Positions 18,089-29,119 of a stretch of DNA of 64,000 bases are shown here, piece after piece. The notes under the pieces were generated by a model that was given only the letters and a program-made list of their open reading frames with translations, was not told the DNA's origin and ran no database searches. Within the stretch, counting starts at the first letter, position 1. Each line of letters starts with the position of its first letter. Source of the stretch: Desulfobacterales bacterium (GTDB lineage: Bacteria > Desulfobacterota > Desulfobacteria > Desulfobacterales > UBA2174); contig CAXXWC010000010.1 in assembly GCA_963668645.2 (NCBI GenBank), positions 416,001 to 480,000 on the forward strand. Direction: 5' to 3'. Position numbers and translations under genes: made by a program.

Positions 18089-19030
18089 ATGATCGGATAT
18101 TTTGATTTGCCTTCAGGTATTTCCGGAGACATGTGCCTGGGATGTCTTTTAGATGTTGGATGGAGCATCGATCGGCTGCGCAATGTGATTTCAAAACTTG
18201 GCCTGCCCGACGGACAATGGTCGGTTGAATCCAGGCAGGTCCGCAAAGGGACCCTGCGTGCGACGATGGCCGAAGTGTGTGTGAGCGATTGTGCAAAGAA
18301 AGGTCCGTGCGGCTGGCACGATCATGACGGGGAGAACGGAAAGCAACCGAATGGAAGAAAAAACGACGGACCGCATCCGGTTCACCGGAATTTGCCGGAT
18401 GTGCTTGAGCTGATCAACAGCGCGGATCTTCCCGATCCAATTAAAGAGAAATCATCGGCTGTGTTTGAACGGCTGGCAAGAGCGGAAGCCAAAGTGCACG
18501 GCGTTCGCATAGAAGAAATCCATTTTCATGAGGTCGGGTCCCTTGATGCGATAATCGACATTGTCGGAACGGTGACCGGGATTTATGAGATTGGCATCAA
18601 AAAGCTCTATGCTTCGGAATTGCCGCTGGGCCGCGGCTGGGTAACCGCCCAGCACGGAAAGATTCCGCTTCCGTCGCCGGCAACGATGGAACTGCTGGCG
18701 GAGGCAAAAGCGCCTACCCGCTGTGCGCCGGGTGACGGCGAACTGGTCACGCCCACAGGGGCCGCGCTGATATGCGAATTGGCGGAGTTTGGACAGAAAA
18801 ACATGATTATTGAAAAAATCGGTGTTGGCGCCGGACAGAAAGATTTCCCATGGCCGAACGTAGCCCGGCTGTGGCTTGGGAGAAAAAAGAATTTTATCCA
18901 AAGCAATCAGAAAAAGTTTTGTTTTGAGAAGAACGAAGGAGAGCGTTTATGGAAATCAATAGAATCGGTGTGTTCGGTGCCGGGATTATGGGAATGGGAA
19001 TCGCCCAGGTGGCGGCCACCGGCGGACTGA
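18089..19030 (+). pseudogene. larC: LarC nickel insertase, N-terminal part; C-terminal domain missing
   Basis: YFDLPSGISGDMCLGCL, His-containing linker, AEAKVHG..IHFHEVGSLDAIIDIVG, HGKIPLPSPAT, ELVTPTGAA, PNVARL. Similarity stops near 18880 and the frame runs into the next gene. Confidence 0.8.
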
Positions 19031-19809
19031 CCGTGATTGTCCGGGATGTGGAAGAAGAATTTGTCCAAAAAGGGCTGACGGTTTTAAAAAATAATCTTAG
19101 CCGGTTGGTTAAAAAAGAAAGGATCAGCGAAGAAGAAGCCGGTGCCATCCAGGCCAGGGTGTCGGGAACGGTGGATTCGAAAAAGGCAGCCACGGATGCG
19201 GATTTGGTTATCGAGGCCATCGTTGAAAAAATGGATGTTAAAAAGGCGGTCTTCAAAGAACTCGACGGTATCTGCCCGCAGCACACCATCATCGCCTCCA
19301 ACACTTCCGGGCTTTCCATCACTGAAATGGCTTCGGTGACCAGCAGACCGGACAAGGTGATCGGGATGCATTTCTTCAATCCGGTGCCGGTGATGAAGCT
19401 GGTGGAATTGATTCGTGGATTTGTCACAAGCCAAGAGACGCTGGATGTGTGCCGGCAGTTGGTCCAAAAACTGGACAAAACTGCCGTGGAGGTACGAGAA
19501 GCCCCCGGATTCGCAGTAAATCGTATTCTTTGTCCGATGATCAACGAAGCGATTTTTGCCCTGTCCGAGGGTGTTGCCGGAGCAGAAGACATCGATCGGG
19601 CCATGATGATGGGCGCTAACCATCCGATCGGGCCACTGGCATTGGCGGACATGGTGGGTCTGGACACCTTGCTGTTCGTTATGGAAGGGCTTCACAAAGA
19701 GATGGGAGACGACAAATACCGCCCGGCGCCTCTGCTCCGAAAAATGGTGCGCGCCGGGCACCTCGGCAGAAAAAGCGGAAAGGGCTTTTTGTGCCAGACC
19801 GAATTATAG
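18949..19809 (+). CDS. hbd: 3-hydroxybutyryl-CoA (3-hydroxyacyl-CoA) dehydrogenase
   Basis: [64 protein letters not shown]. Confidence 0.92.
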   Translation: MEINRIGVFGAGIMGMGIAQVAATGGLTVIVRDVEEEFVQKGLTVLKNNLSRLVKKERISEEEAGAIQARVSGTVDSKKAATDADLVIEAIVEKMDVKKAVFKELDGICPQHTIIASNTSGLSITEMASVTSRPDKVIGMHFFNPVPVMKLVELIRGFVTSQETLDVCRQLVQKLDKTAVEVREAPGFAVNRILCPMINEAIFALSEGVAGAEDIDRAMMMGANHPIGPLALADMVGLDTLLFVMEGLHKEMGDDKYRPAPLLRKMVRAGHLGRKSGKGFLCQTEL

Positions 19810-19935
19810 ATCTGGGGCTGGTTGAAAACCGGAATCAAGTTTCACGTACTTTTTAAAGAGCTTGCCTTGTGAACCATCTCATTTGTCCGGAGGTGGCGTG
19901 GTGCGCTCCGAGTGTAAAGGCGAAGGAGGGAAACA

Positions 19936-21495
19936 GTGCCTATGATGGACGGAAAACAATATATCGAATCAATAAGAAAGCTGGAGCATGAGGTCTACTT
20001 CATGGGGGAAAAGATTCTCCGTGTTGCAGATCATCCCATGTTCCAGCCGCACATTCACACGGCGGCGATGACGTATGAACTGGCCTGCGATGCGGAGCAT
20101 GAAGAGATCATGGCCGCCATCTCCCATTTGAACGGCGAAAGGATCAACCGCTTCACCCATATCCACCAGAGCATCGACGACTTGGTCAAAAAGATCCGGA
20201 TGATGCGGTTGCTGGGTCAAAAGACCGGCACCTGCTTTCAGCGTTGCGTCGGGTTAGACGCTTTAAATGCGCTGTATTGCACGACCTACGACATGGACAG
20301 CAAAAACGGCACGGAATATCACAAAGCGTTTTGTCAATTTCTGTCCCATGTGCAGCGAAACGATCTGATGTCGGCCGGGGCTATGACCGATCCCCGGGGA
20401 GACCGCAGCCTGCGGCCGTCTGAACAGAAAAACCCGAATGCCTATCTTCACATCACAAAGAAGACCAAGGACGGGATTGTCGTCAACGGGGCCAAGGCTC
20501 ACATTACCGGGGTGATCAATTCCCACGAGATCATTGCGCTGCCGACGCGGGCCATGGGGGCAGTAGACGCCGATTTTGCCGTGGCCTTTGCCGTTCCGGT
20601 TGATACGCCGGGGATTCGCTACATTTTTTCCAGGCAGACCAACGACAGCCGGCGGCTGGAAAGCCCGCTTGATGCGGGAAATCCTAAATACGCCATTGTG
20701 GGCGGAGAGGCCGTGATCGTATTTACCGACGTTTTTGTCCCGTGGGAGCGGGTGTTTATGGCCGGCGAGCACGAATTTTGTGCGCCGTTGGTGGAGTCGT
20801 TTGCCGGGTATCACCGCTCCAATTACGGCGGGTGCAAGGTTGGGCTGGCCGATGTGGTGATCGGCGCCTCGCACTGGATTGCAGACGCCCACGGGGTGGG
20901 CAATGCATCGCATATTGTTGACAAGCTCACCGAGATGATCGCCATGGCCGAAACCTGTTGGTCCTGTTCGCTGGCCTGTTCCTACGAAGGGCACAAGACC
21001 CCGTCGGGGGCTTACAACATCAATCCGATGCTGGCCAATGTCACCAAACTCAACATCACCCGGATGGTTTACGAGTGGATGCGCGTGGCGCAGGATATCG
21101 CCGGTGGCAAGATTATCACCCTTCCGTCGGAGCGGGACCTGAGCGTTCCGGAAATCCGCGAAGTGCTCAAGGAGTGTTTTTGCGGCAAGGAAGGGGTCGA
21201 TGTGGACCAGATTTTTAAAATGCTCCGGCTGATGGAAAACATGTCCGTGGGGGCGGGACTTCCGGAGGCGATGCACGGTGCTGGATCGCCGGCCGCGCAG
21301 AAGATCATGATTGCCCGAAGAAGCGGTATCGAGAGGAAACGCCGGTATGCCGAGACCGTGGCCGGCCTTGTCAAAGACGAGAAGTTTGAGACCATCGTCG
21401 GTATGCCCGAAGAGCAATACTGGGCAGCTAACCGGGGAAAAATCTACGAGGCCCGGCTGCGCTGTTGTAAAAACGCAGTTGCGGCAGGGTCCTGA
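19936..21495 (+). CDS. 4-hydroxybutyryl-CoA dehydratase-like protein (AbfD/HpaB family)
   Basis: TGTCFQRCVGLD and YHRSNYGGCK (Cys/His Fe-S ligands), GAMTDPRGDRS, GAKAHITG, EAMHGAGSPAAQ. Confidence 0.85.
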   Translation: MPMMDGKQYIESIRKLEHEVYFMGEKILRVADHPMFQPHIHTAAMTYELACDAEHEEIMAAISHLNGERINRFTHIHQSIDDLVKKIRMMRLLGQKTGTCFQRCVGLDALNALYCTTYDMDSKNGTEYHKAFCQFLSHVQRNDLMSAGAMTDPRGDRSLRPSEQKNPNAYLHITKKTKDGIVVNGAKAHITGVINSHEIIALPTRAMGAVDADFAVAFAVPVDTPGIRYIFSRQTNDSRRLESPLDAGNPKYAIVGGEAVIVFTDVFVPWERVFMAGEHEFCAPLVESFAGYHRSNYGGCKVGLADVVIGASHWIADAHGVGNASHIVDKLTEMIAMAETCWSCSLACSYEGHKTPSGAYNINPMLANVTKLNITRMVYEWMRVAQDIAGGKIITLPSERDLSVPEIREVLKECFCGKEGVDVDQIFKMLRLMENMSVGAGLPEAMHGAGSPAAQKIMIARRSGIERKRRYAETVAGLVKDEKFETIVGMPEEQYWAANRGKIYEARLRCCKNAVAAGS

Positions 21496-21502
21496 GGCGG
21501 AA

Positions 21503-21820
21503 ATGGCGGATCGGCCGGTCATACGGGTGAGATACTGCGGCGGCTGCAACCCGGAAATCGAGCGGGCGCAGGTCGTCAAAGAGATCGAGTCCCTGATGAA
21601 GGCCGAGGCGTCGTTTGCCATTTCAAGCGAAGCGGACCTGCTTTTGTTGGTCAACGGCTGCGCCCACGGCTGTCTGGACCAGGAGTCGGCTGAATCCTGC
21701 GGTGTGCGACGCTTGTCGGTGCAGGGCCGGAGGATCGACTGCAGGCCGGTCTGTGAAAAGGATTTGGCGGCGGCGGCCGCCGCCCGGATCCGGGAGCTAT
21801 TGAAGCGGCCGCAGGGTTGA
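21503..21820 (+). CDS. Small Cys-motif hypothetical protein
   Basis: MADRPVIRVRYCGGCNPEIER..LVNGCAHGC; GAGG RBS; follows the previous stop closely. Confidence 0.7.
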   Translation: MADRPVIRVRYCGGCNPEIERAQVVKEIESLMKAEASFAISSEADLLLLVNGCAHGCLDQESAESCGVRRLSVQGRRIDCRPVCEKDLAAAAAARIRELLKRPQG

Positions 21821-21962
21821 AGCGACGCCGGTCGATGGCTTCGGCGAAATCCCGATTCAGCCGTCGCCTGAATTCAGCGGCTCCTGCTTTTTCAATCTTT
21901 CGCAGGGAGCAAAAATAAAATCGCGATAGCGATGTTATGCCGGACAACGAAAGGAATGATCC

Positions 21963-23213
21963 ATGAAAGAGGTGGTAATCGTATCGGGTTGCCGGACGGC
22001 CATCGGAAGTTTCGGAGGAAGCCTGAGGGACATGACCGCGGCGGCCATTGCCGCCGTGACCATGGAAGAAGCGGTCCGGCGGGCCGGGATCGATTCGGGG
22101 CTGATCGATGATGTCCGCTACGGATGCTGCATCGAACCGGCAGACACCTTGAATGTGGCCCGGGTGGCTGCGCTTCTGGCTGGCATCCCGGCAAGTGTTC
22201 CGGCGGTCACCATCAATCGGGTCTGCATCTCTGGAATGGAGGCGGTGGTCTCGGCAGCGGCGATGATCCAGTGCGGAATGGCCGACGTGGTTCTCGCCGG
22301 CGGGGTCGAGCATATGTCCGGGGTCGCCTACCAGGTGCCCGGAGCCCGATGGGGGTGCCGGCTCCAGGACCAAGTCATGGTCGACGCTTTGATCCGGTCG
22401 CTGTACTGCGGCTCGCACCTGATTCCCCATCCGGAGGATGGCCCGGTCGACAGTGAGAGGCCGCCCCTGGCCTTGTGCAAGGGGAAGCCGTATATCATGG
22501 GCCAGACCGCCGAATTTGTGGCCCAGCACCTGGATATCTCCAGACAGGAGATGGACGAAGTGGCACTGCGAAGCCACCGAAACGTGGAGACGGCCACCAA
22601 AGAAGGACGGCTTAAAGATGAAATCGTGCCGGTGCAGGTGCCGAAAAGAAAGGGACCGCCGGCGATCTTTGACACCGACGAGCATTTTCGGCCCGGCATC
22701 ACTATCGAGGATCTCCAAAAGCTGCCGCCGGCATTTGTGAAAGACGGCGGAAAGGTGACGGCCGGCAATTCCAGCGGCATCAACGACGGGGCCGCCGGCA
22801 TGGTGATTATGTCCGCGGAAAAGGCAAAAAAGCTTTCGATATCGCCTCTGGCAAGGATCCGGGCAGTGGGCAAAGGCGCCTGCCACCCGTCGGTGATGGG
22901 CCTGTCGCCGGTGCCGGCGGTCCGTCAGCTCTGCGACAAAGGCGGCTTTTCAATCTCCGATTTTGAACTGATTGAACTCAATGAGGCATTTGCCGCTCAG
23001 TACATTGGATGCGAGAGGGAACTGGGCCTTGACCGGGACCGGACCAATCTCAACGGGTCGGGAATCGGGCTGGGGCATCCGATCGGCGCCACCGGTGCGC
23101 GCATCCTGGTATCGCTGATCTACGGGATGAAAAATCGCGGAAAAAACCTGGGGCTGGCCACTTTGTGCGGCGGCGGTGGCGTTTCCATGGCCTGCGCGCT
23201 TGAAGCGCTATAA
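21963..23213 (+). CDS. Acetyl-CoA C-acetyltransferase (thiolase)
   Basis: TINRVCISG, TAGNSSGINDGAA, ELNEAFA, GHPIGATG, LCGGGG. Confidence 0.95.
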   Translation: MKEVVIVSGCRTAIGSFGGSLRDMTAAAIAAVTMEEAVRRAGIDSGLIDDVRYGCCIEPADTLNVARVAALLAGIPASVPAVTINRVCISGMEAVVSAAAMIQCGMADVVLAGGVEHMSGVAYQVPGARWGCRLQDQVMVDALIRSLYCGSHLIPHPEDGPVDSERPPLALCKGKPYIMGQTAEFVAQHLDISRQEMDEVALRSHRNVETATKEGRLKDEIVPVQVPKRKGPPAIFDTDEHFRPGITIEDLQKLPPAFVKDGGKVTAGNSSGINDGAAGMVIMSAEKAKKLSISPLARIRAVGKGACHPSVMGLSPVPAVRQLCDKGGFSISDFELIELNEAFAAQYIGCERELGLDRDRTNLNGSGIGLGHPIGATGARILVSLIYGMKNRGKNLGLATLCGGGGVSMACALEAL

Positions 23214-23366
23214 ACGAAGAGCGAATAAAAGCAGGAAACACCGGTGTTCTTTTGAGATACCCAAACCGGCACGGCTCTTTTTTCAATTTTCGGCATTTGG
23301 GGCGGGTTCATATTCCTTTTTGCCGGCCTATGATTTTAGGTGCATCTATCAAAGGAGGTAGTTTCG

Positions 23367-24692
23367 ATGGAAGAAACGAAAGTGGCGATCGTCCGATACG
23401 AAAGCCCGGAGGCATCGGTTCAAAAAGCCGTGGATCTTTCCGAAGGCCTGGCCCGGCTACCCGCCGGGGCCCGGGTGTTTGTCAAACCGAACGTGGTCTA
23501 CTGGACCGATGCGGTGGCCTTTCCGAAATGGGGACTGATCACCACCTCGCGGGTGGTGGAAGACACGGTGCGTATCCTGAAGGACCACGGCGCCAGTGAG
23601 ATCCTCATCGGCGAAGGGCCGGTAATCACCGATCCGAAAGATATGGAAATGGCGAAAAAAGCCTTCGACTACCTCGGTTACCCGAGCCTTTGCCGGCGAT
23701 ATGGAGTCAAGGTGATCAACGTCTTCGAGCGGCCCTTCAAGAAGGTGGATCTGGGGGACGACATCTTTCTCAACTTCAACACCGATATTCTGGAAAGCGA
23801 CTTTGTGGTCAGCCTGCCGGTGCTCAAGACCCATGCCCAGACCGTGGTCAGTCTCGGCATCAAGAACCTGAAGGGGACGATCGACATCGTCTCGCGAAAA
23901 AAATGCCACAATGCCACCCCGGGAAGAGACCTGAACCACATGGTAGCCCGGCTGGCCGATCCGATGCCGCCGATGTTCACGCTGATCGACGGGATCTACA
24001 CCAACGAACGGGGGCCGTGGTTCGACGGCCGACCGAGACGCAGCGATCTGTTGATCGCCTCGGCCGACCCTCTATCTGCGGACATCGTCGGAGCGGCGGT
24101 ACTCGGACACGAAGCAAAAAACGTACCGCATCTGGCGGCGGCAGCGGCCAACCGCAACCGGCCGGCCGATCTTTCCGGCATCCGGGTGGTGGGCGAATCG
24201 ATTGAAGATGTGGCCTCCTTTCACGAGCATGCGTTTCCTTATACCGAGGACGGTGCGCTGCCGCTGCCGATGGCCAAGGCGGGGATCAGTGGCATTGCTT
24301 ACCGGAAATACGACCTGACCATGTGCACCTACTGCTCGGGCATCAACGGCGCGGTGGTGGCCGGCATTGCCAGGGCCTGGAAAGGCGAGCCCTGGGACGA
24401 TGTGGAAATTCTCACCGGAAAGGAGATGGCCCCGACCCCGGGCAAGAAAAAAACGATCCTGCTGGGCCAGTGCATGTACAAGGCCCACCGGAAAAATCCG
24501 GACATCAACGAGTTGATCGCCGTCAAGGGGTGTCCGCCCAAACCCGACGACATCCTGGCCGCCCTGCAAAAGGCCGGCATCGACGTCGATCCGGAATTTT
24601 TCGAGCACCTGGACCGGTATCCGGGGCTTTTCATGCGCCGCTATAAGGACCGGCCCGAATTTGAAGAATCGTTTTTCAAAATCGCCGAATGA
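23367..24692 (+). CDS. DUF362-domain protein
   Basis: VFVKPNVV, IGEG, SLPVLKTH..VSLGIKNLKG, LIDGI, ASADPLSAD; C-terminal CTYC, GQC and GCPP motifs. Confidence 0.8.
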   Translation: MEETKVAIVRYESPEASVQKAVDLSEGLARLPAGARVFVKPNVVYWTDAVAFPKWGLITTSRVVEDTVRILKDHGASEILIGEGPVITDPKDMEMAKKAFDYLGYPSLCRRYGVKVINVFERPFKKVDLGDDIFLNFNTDILESDFVVSLPVLKTHAQTVVSLGIKNLKGTIDIVSRKKCHNATPGRDLNHMVARLADPMPPMFTLIDGIYTNERGPWFDGRPRRSDLLIASADPLSADIVGAAVLGHEAKNVPHLAAAAANRNRPADLSGIRVVGESIEDVASFHEHAFPYTEDGALPLPMAKAGISGIAYRKYDLTMCTYCSGINGAVVAGIARAWKGEPWDDVEILTGKEMAPTPGKKKTILLGQCMYKAHRKNPDINELIAVKGCPPKPDDILAALQKAGIDVDPEFFEHLDRYPGLFMRRYKDRPEFEESFFKIAE

Positions 24693-24931
24693 AAAAAGAA
24701 AGCCACCGAATGTGGGCCGCTTTATCGCCCGGCACAAGGACAAATTCCAGCGAATGCACAGTCGCTTGCCACGGTTCGAATGCGCGAAGCAGCGCGGCAC
24801 GGGCTGCAGCTAAGCTCGCCGTTCGGCGGCTCTACCTCGATCACGTTGGCCGTAGTTGTCGACGCCAGCAAACGTTATGATCGCCAACCACTGTCAGGAC
24901 GTCTCCAGTTGCAGGGGAGCACGGAAAGAAG

Positions 24932-25690
24932 ATGGCCGACTGCAACCCATCGCTTCGCATTTCAGGGATCATTCTGGCCGCGGGCGCCTCATCGAGAATG
25001 GGCCGCTGCAAGCAGCTTCTGCCTGTTGCCCGCACAAGTATGCTGGGGCAGGTGGTTGAACACGCCCGCCGATCGGACCTGAACGATATCGTCGTTGTTC
25101 TCGGTCATCGGTCGGACCAGATACGGGCGCAGGTCGACCTGAGCGGCACCACCGTTGTCGTCAACCCCGATTATGCGCTGGGACAGAGCACCTCGGTAAA
25201 AGCCGGCATCGCCCGGGTGGCAGAGGCCGCCGATGCGGCGATGATCCTGCTGGGCGATCAGCCCCTGGTGCAAGAGGAGGTCATCAACTGCCTGATTCGA
25301 TCGTTCCGCCATAGCCGAGCGCCGATTGTCGTTCCTGTTTTTCAGGGGCGGCGTGGAAACCCGGTGATCATTGCCCGGGTCCTGTTTGACGAACTGATCG
25401 CCTGCCTCATCGGTGATACCGGAGCCCGGATCCTCTTTTCGACCCATTCGGACGAAATCCAACGCGTAGCGGTTTCGACCGACGCTGTCCTTTTCGATGT
25501 CGATCAGATGGCTGACTACCATCGCCTGCTGGCCCGATCCGGACCGGGCGAAGGCTCCGCGGCCCGGGCCGATCAAACCGAAGCCCGATCCCAAAACGAT
25601 CATCAAGCGGTCGGGTCCACCACCGGTCTGTCCGCAACCGGGGATGTGACGCGACGCTTTGACCCTACTCAAACAGACGGCGGAGTGTGA
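24932..25690 (+). CDS. Molybdenum cofactor cytidylyltransferase-like nucleotidyltransferase (MocA family)
   Basis: GIILAAGASSRMG..KQLL, NPDYALGQSTS, LGDQP, RGNPV, GDTGAR, DVD. Confidence 0.88.
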   Translation: MADCNPSLRISGIILAAGASSRMGRCKQLLPVARTSMLGQVVEHARRSDLNDIVVVLGHRSDQIRAQVDLSGTTVVVNPDYALGQSTSVKAGIARVAEAADAAMILLGDQPLVQEEVINCLIRSFRHSRAPIVVPVFQGRRGNPVIIARVLFDELIACLIGDTGARILFSTHSDEIQRVAVSTDAVLFDVDQMADYHRLLARSGPGEGSAARADQTEARSQNDHQAVGSTTGLSATGDVTRRFDPTQTDGGV

Positions 25691-26721
25691 CAATGGGAGT
25701 TTTGAAGAAGATAAAGGTGGAAGATGCAGTCGGATTGTCTCTGGCCCACGACATAACCAGAATCGTTCCCGGAAAATTCAAAGGGGTAGGATTCAAGAAC
25801 GGACATGTGATCCGCAAGGAAGATATTCCCGAACTGCTGAAAATCGGAAAGCGGAGCATCTACATCATGACCCTGGACGAAAATCAGATTCACGAGGATG
25901 ACGCCGCCTTGCGGATCGCTCCGGCAATATGCGGCAAGAATCTGAGGTGGACCGATCCAAAAGAGGGCAAGTCCAACATCGTCTGTGAAATGGACGGCCT
26001 GCTGCGGGTTCGGGCAGACGCCCTGCTTTCCCTCAACATGATCGGGGATATCATCGTTTCCACAATCAAAGACGCAACCCCCTGCTGCAAGGATCAGATC
26101 GTTTGCGGAACGCGGATCATCCCGCTGATGATCGACAAGGAAAAAATCGAAGCCCTGGAAGAAACGGCCCGCCGCAATGGACCGGTTCTGGAAATCCTTC
26201 CCTATCTGAAAAAACGGGTCGGGGTTCTGGTCACCGGGTCGGAACTCTACCATGGCCTGATCAAGGACGAGTCCGATACCTATATCGGCAACAAACTGAA
26301 ACAATACGGATGCTGGATCGAAAAAAAGATGGTGGCCAGCGACGATCCGGTGATGATCTCAGATGCACTGTCGGCGTTGAAGGCGGCCGGCTGCGAATTG
26401 ATCATCGCAACCGGCGGACTTTCGGTGGATCCGGACGATGTGACCCGCGCAGGCGTCCGCATGGCCGGCGCCCAAATCATTTCCTACGGCGCCCCGATCC
26501 TGCCCGGGGCCATGTTTTTCAACGCCCGGCTGGGAGAGGTTCCCATCATGGGACTGCCTGCCTGCGTCTTCTACCACAAGCGCACGGCATACGATCTGAT
26601 GCTGCCGCGCCTGCTGGCAGGGGCACAGCCAACCGCCGAACAGATCGCCGCGATGGGCCATGGGGGCCTGTGCATGAGATGCGAAGTTTGCCATTTTCCG
26701 TCCTGTCCCTTTGGCAGGTAA
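25687..26721 (+). CDS. Molybdopterin-binding protein (MoeA-like)
   Basis: LAHDITRIVPG, VTGSE, TGGLSVDPDDVT, YGAPILPGAM, GLPAC, C-terminal CxxCxxCxxPxC. Confidence 0.85.
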   Translation: MTMGVLKKIKVEDAVGLSLAHDITRIVPGKFKGVGFKNGHVIRKEDIPELLKIGKRSIYIMTLDENQIHEDDAALRIAPAICGKNLRWTDPKEGKSNIVCEMDGLLRVRADALLSLNMIGDIIVSTIKDATPCCKDQIVCGTRIIPLMIDKEKIEALEETARRNGPVLEILPYLKKRVGVLVTGSELYHGLIKDESDTYIGNKLKQYGCWIEKKMVASDDPVMISDALSALKAAGCELIIATGGLSVDPDDVTRAGVRMAGAQIISYGAPILPGAMFFNARLGEVPIMGLPACVFYHKRTAYDLMLPRLLAGAQPTAEQIAAMGHGGLCMRCEVCHFPSCPFGR

Positions 26722-26731
26722 GGTGCAACCC

Positions 26732-27730
26732 ATGATCAAAAAAGCTCAGGAGTGGATCAAAAACGGCAGGCAAGTGGCGCTGGCCACGGTCATCGCCACT
26801 TGGGGGTCGTCATCGCGCCAGGCGGGAAGCCAGTTGGTGGTCGACAGCAGCGGAAGATTCGAGGGCTCCGTTTCCGGGGGCTGCGTCGAAGGCGCCGTGG
26901 TCGAAGAAGCCCTGGGGGTGATCCGCGAGGGAAAACCCAAGCGGGTGTTTTTCGGCGTCACCCAGGATCAGGCCTGGGAAGTGGGACTGGCCTGCGGCGG
27001 AGAGATCGAGATTTTCATCGAAAAGGTCACCTGGGCTGCGGACCTGGACCGCCTGGTTGAACTTTGCGCCGCAAGCCGTCCGGCGTGCCTGATCACCGAT
27101 CTTGCCCAAGGCGACAAGCGCCTGGTGCCTCTGGATGCACCCGATGCCGTCAAGGCGCTTTCTTCGGACATGCGGCCCCATGTCGAAAAATTCATCCAGG
27201 GCGGGCGCAACACGGTCGTCGAAGCCGGCGGGCGCACCGTCTTTTTGCATCGGTTCTATCCGCCGCCCGAACTGATTGTCGTCGGCGCGGTTCATATCGC
27301 AAAGCCCCTGTGCGTGTTTGCCCGAACCGCCGGTTATAAGGTGACCGTCATCGACCCTCGCAGCGCATTTGCCAATCCGGACCGCTTCCCGGACATCCCC
27401 TTTGTTGTGGAATGGCCCGATGAGGCGATGGAACAGATGAACCTTCACCCCGCAACAGCGGTGGTCGCCCTGTGCCACGACCCCAAGATCGACGACCCGG
27501 CACTGGCAGCGGCCCTGGGCTCCAAGGCCTTTTATATCGGGGCCCTGGGCAGCCGCAAAACCCACAAGGAACGCCTCGAACGGCTGCGTTCGGCCGGGTT
27601 CGCCGACGAGGCCCTGAAACGGATACACGGCCCGGTCGGCCTCGACATCGGCGCCCTCAACCCGGAAGAGATCGCCATCGCCATCATGGCCGAGATGACC
27701 GCGGTGCGCCGAAACCGAAACGGGTCATAA
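26732..27730 (+). CDS. xdhC: XdhC/CoxI-family Moco chaperone
   Basis: TWGSSSRQAG, GSVSGGCVE, GLACGGEI, GAVHIA, HDPKIDD, YIGALGSR, PVGLDIGA..PEEIA. Confidence 0.92.
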   Translation: MIKKAQEWIKNGRQVALATVIATWGSSSRQAGSQLVVDSSGRFEGSVSGGCVEGAVVEEALGVIREGKPKRVFFGVTQDQAWEVGLACGGEIEIFIEKVTWAADLDRLVELCAASRPACLITDLAQGDKRLVPLDAPDAVKALSSDMRPHVEKFIQGGRNTVVEAGGRTVFLHRFYPPPELIVVGAVHIAKPLCVFARTAGYKVTVIDPRSAFANPDRFPDIPFVVEWPDEAMEQMNLHPATAVVALCHDPKIDDPALAAALGSKAFYIGALGSRKTHKERLERLRSAGFADEALKRIHGPVGLDIGALNPEEIAIAIMAEMTAVRRNRNGS

Positions 27731-27861
27731 AGCGACTTTCGGAATTCATGGCACGGCGGTATCGATCATTTGCCGCTCGGCACCGGAGGACCGGCGAGAC
27801 TTTGGGTCATGGGGGGCAAAGGCTCGATTCAGCCGATTCTCAACGAAACGAGACGGAGAAG

Positions 27862-29106
27862 ATGATGCGCTTCGATGCGGAGCGGTTGGCATTACAATTC
27901 AGCATCCTGAAGCGGAAAGTAAACGGCAGGCCGCTTCATTACCTGGACAATGCCGCCACGTCCCAGATGCCCGATTGCGTTATCGAGGCCGTCGTACGCC
28001 ACGACAAAACCCGCCGTGCCAACGTGCGCCGGGGGATTCACCACCTGTCGGAGCTGGCGGATGCCGCCTACGAGGCGGCAAGAGGAGATGTCGCACGCTA
28101 TCTGGGGGTCGAGCGGGCCGAGGAAGTCGTCTTCACCGGCGGGGCGACCGCGGGGATCAACCTGCTGGCCCACGGCCTTGGAGCCGCGCTCAAACCCGAA
28201 GACGGGGTACTGGTCTCCGAACTGGAGCACCACAGCAACATCATCCCCTGGCAGCTTCTCAAAAAACGGCAAGGCATTACCTTGTCCTATCTTCCGGTCA
28301 CCGAAGACGGGCGCCTTGATCTGAGCAAGCTTGACCGGTACATCAACCAAAAAACAAAAATCGTTTCCCTGACCCATGGATCGAATGTGACCGGGGCGGT
28401 CAGCGACGTGGCCCGCATCGCCAAGGCGGCCCATGAAGCCGGGGCCGTCCTGGTGCTGGACGGTGCCCAGACGGCACCCCACGGTCCGTTGGACCTGTCG
28501 GCCCTCGACGCTGATTTTTACGTTTTTTCCGGCCACAAGGTGCTCGGTCCCAGCGGCATCGGCGTGTTGTGGGGACGCAAAGCACTGCTGGATCGGATGC
28601 CGCCGGTGTTCGGCGGCGGGGAGATGATCGCAGAAGTCAGCCTCGAAGAAAGCCATTTTCTTCCTCCCCCGCACCGCTTTGAAGCCGGCACCCCTCCGAT
28701 CACCCAGGCCGTGGGGCTGGCAGCGGCCCTTGCCTGGTTCGGTTCCCAGGACATTGCCGCAATCCGGGCTCATGTGGGGCATCTTACCGGGCAGATCATC
28801 GAGGGACTTTCACGAATCGACGCAGGCCGGGAAACGATCCGGGTCCTTGGCCCCAAAGAACCCGAAAAGCGATTGCCGCTCGTCTCCTTTGCCGTTCGAG
28901 GCATCCATCCGCACGACGTCTGCCAGATCCTCAACGACCGCCACGGCGTGGCCCTGCGCGGCGGCCATCACTGCGCCCAGCCGCTTCACGACCGATTCGC
29001 TCTGGACGGCACCACCCGGGCCAGCCTTGCCGCCTATAACCGTCAAGCCGACGTCGATGCGTTTCTCAACGGAATCGAGGACTGCATCGACAAGTTCGGA
29101 CGATAA
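27862..29106 (+). CDS. sufS: Cysteine desulfurase, SufS type
   Basis: YLDNAATSQ, EHHSNIIPW, DGAQ, FSGHK (PLP Lys), FEAGTP, HPHD, RGGHHCAQP. Confidence 0.92.
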   Translation: MMRFDAERLALQFSILKRKVNGRPLHYLDNAATSQMPDCVIEAVVRHDKTRRANVRRGIHHLSELADAAYEAARGDVARYLGVERAEEVVFTGGATAGINLLAHGLGAALKPEDGVLVSELEHHSNIIPWQLLKKRQGITLSYLPVTEDGRLDLSKLDRYINQKTKIVSLTHGSNVTGAVSDVARIAKAAHEAGAVLVLDGAQTAPHGPLDLSALDADFYVFSGHKVLGPSGIGVLWGRKALLDRMPPVFGGGEMIAEVSLEESHFLPPPHRFEAGTPPITQAVGLAAALAWFGSQDIAAIRAHVGHLTGQIIEGLSRIDAGRETIRVLGPKEPEKRLPLVSFAVRGIHPHDVCQILNDRHGVALRGGHHCAQPLHDRFALDGTTRASLAAYNRQADVDAFLNGIEDCIDKFGR

Positions 29107-29119
29107 GGTTTTACCAAGA

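Noticed and set aside
24780..24835. attC-like right half (GCAGCTAAGCTCGCCGTTCGGC)
   Set aside because: No matching left half or RYYYAAC box found, and it lies in operon context.
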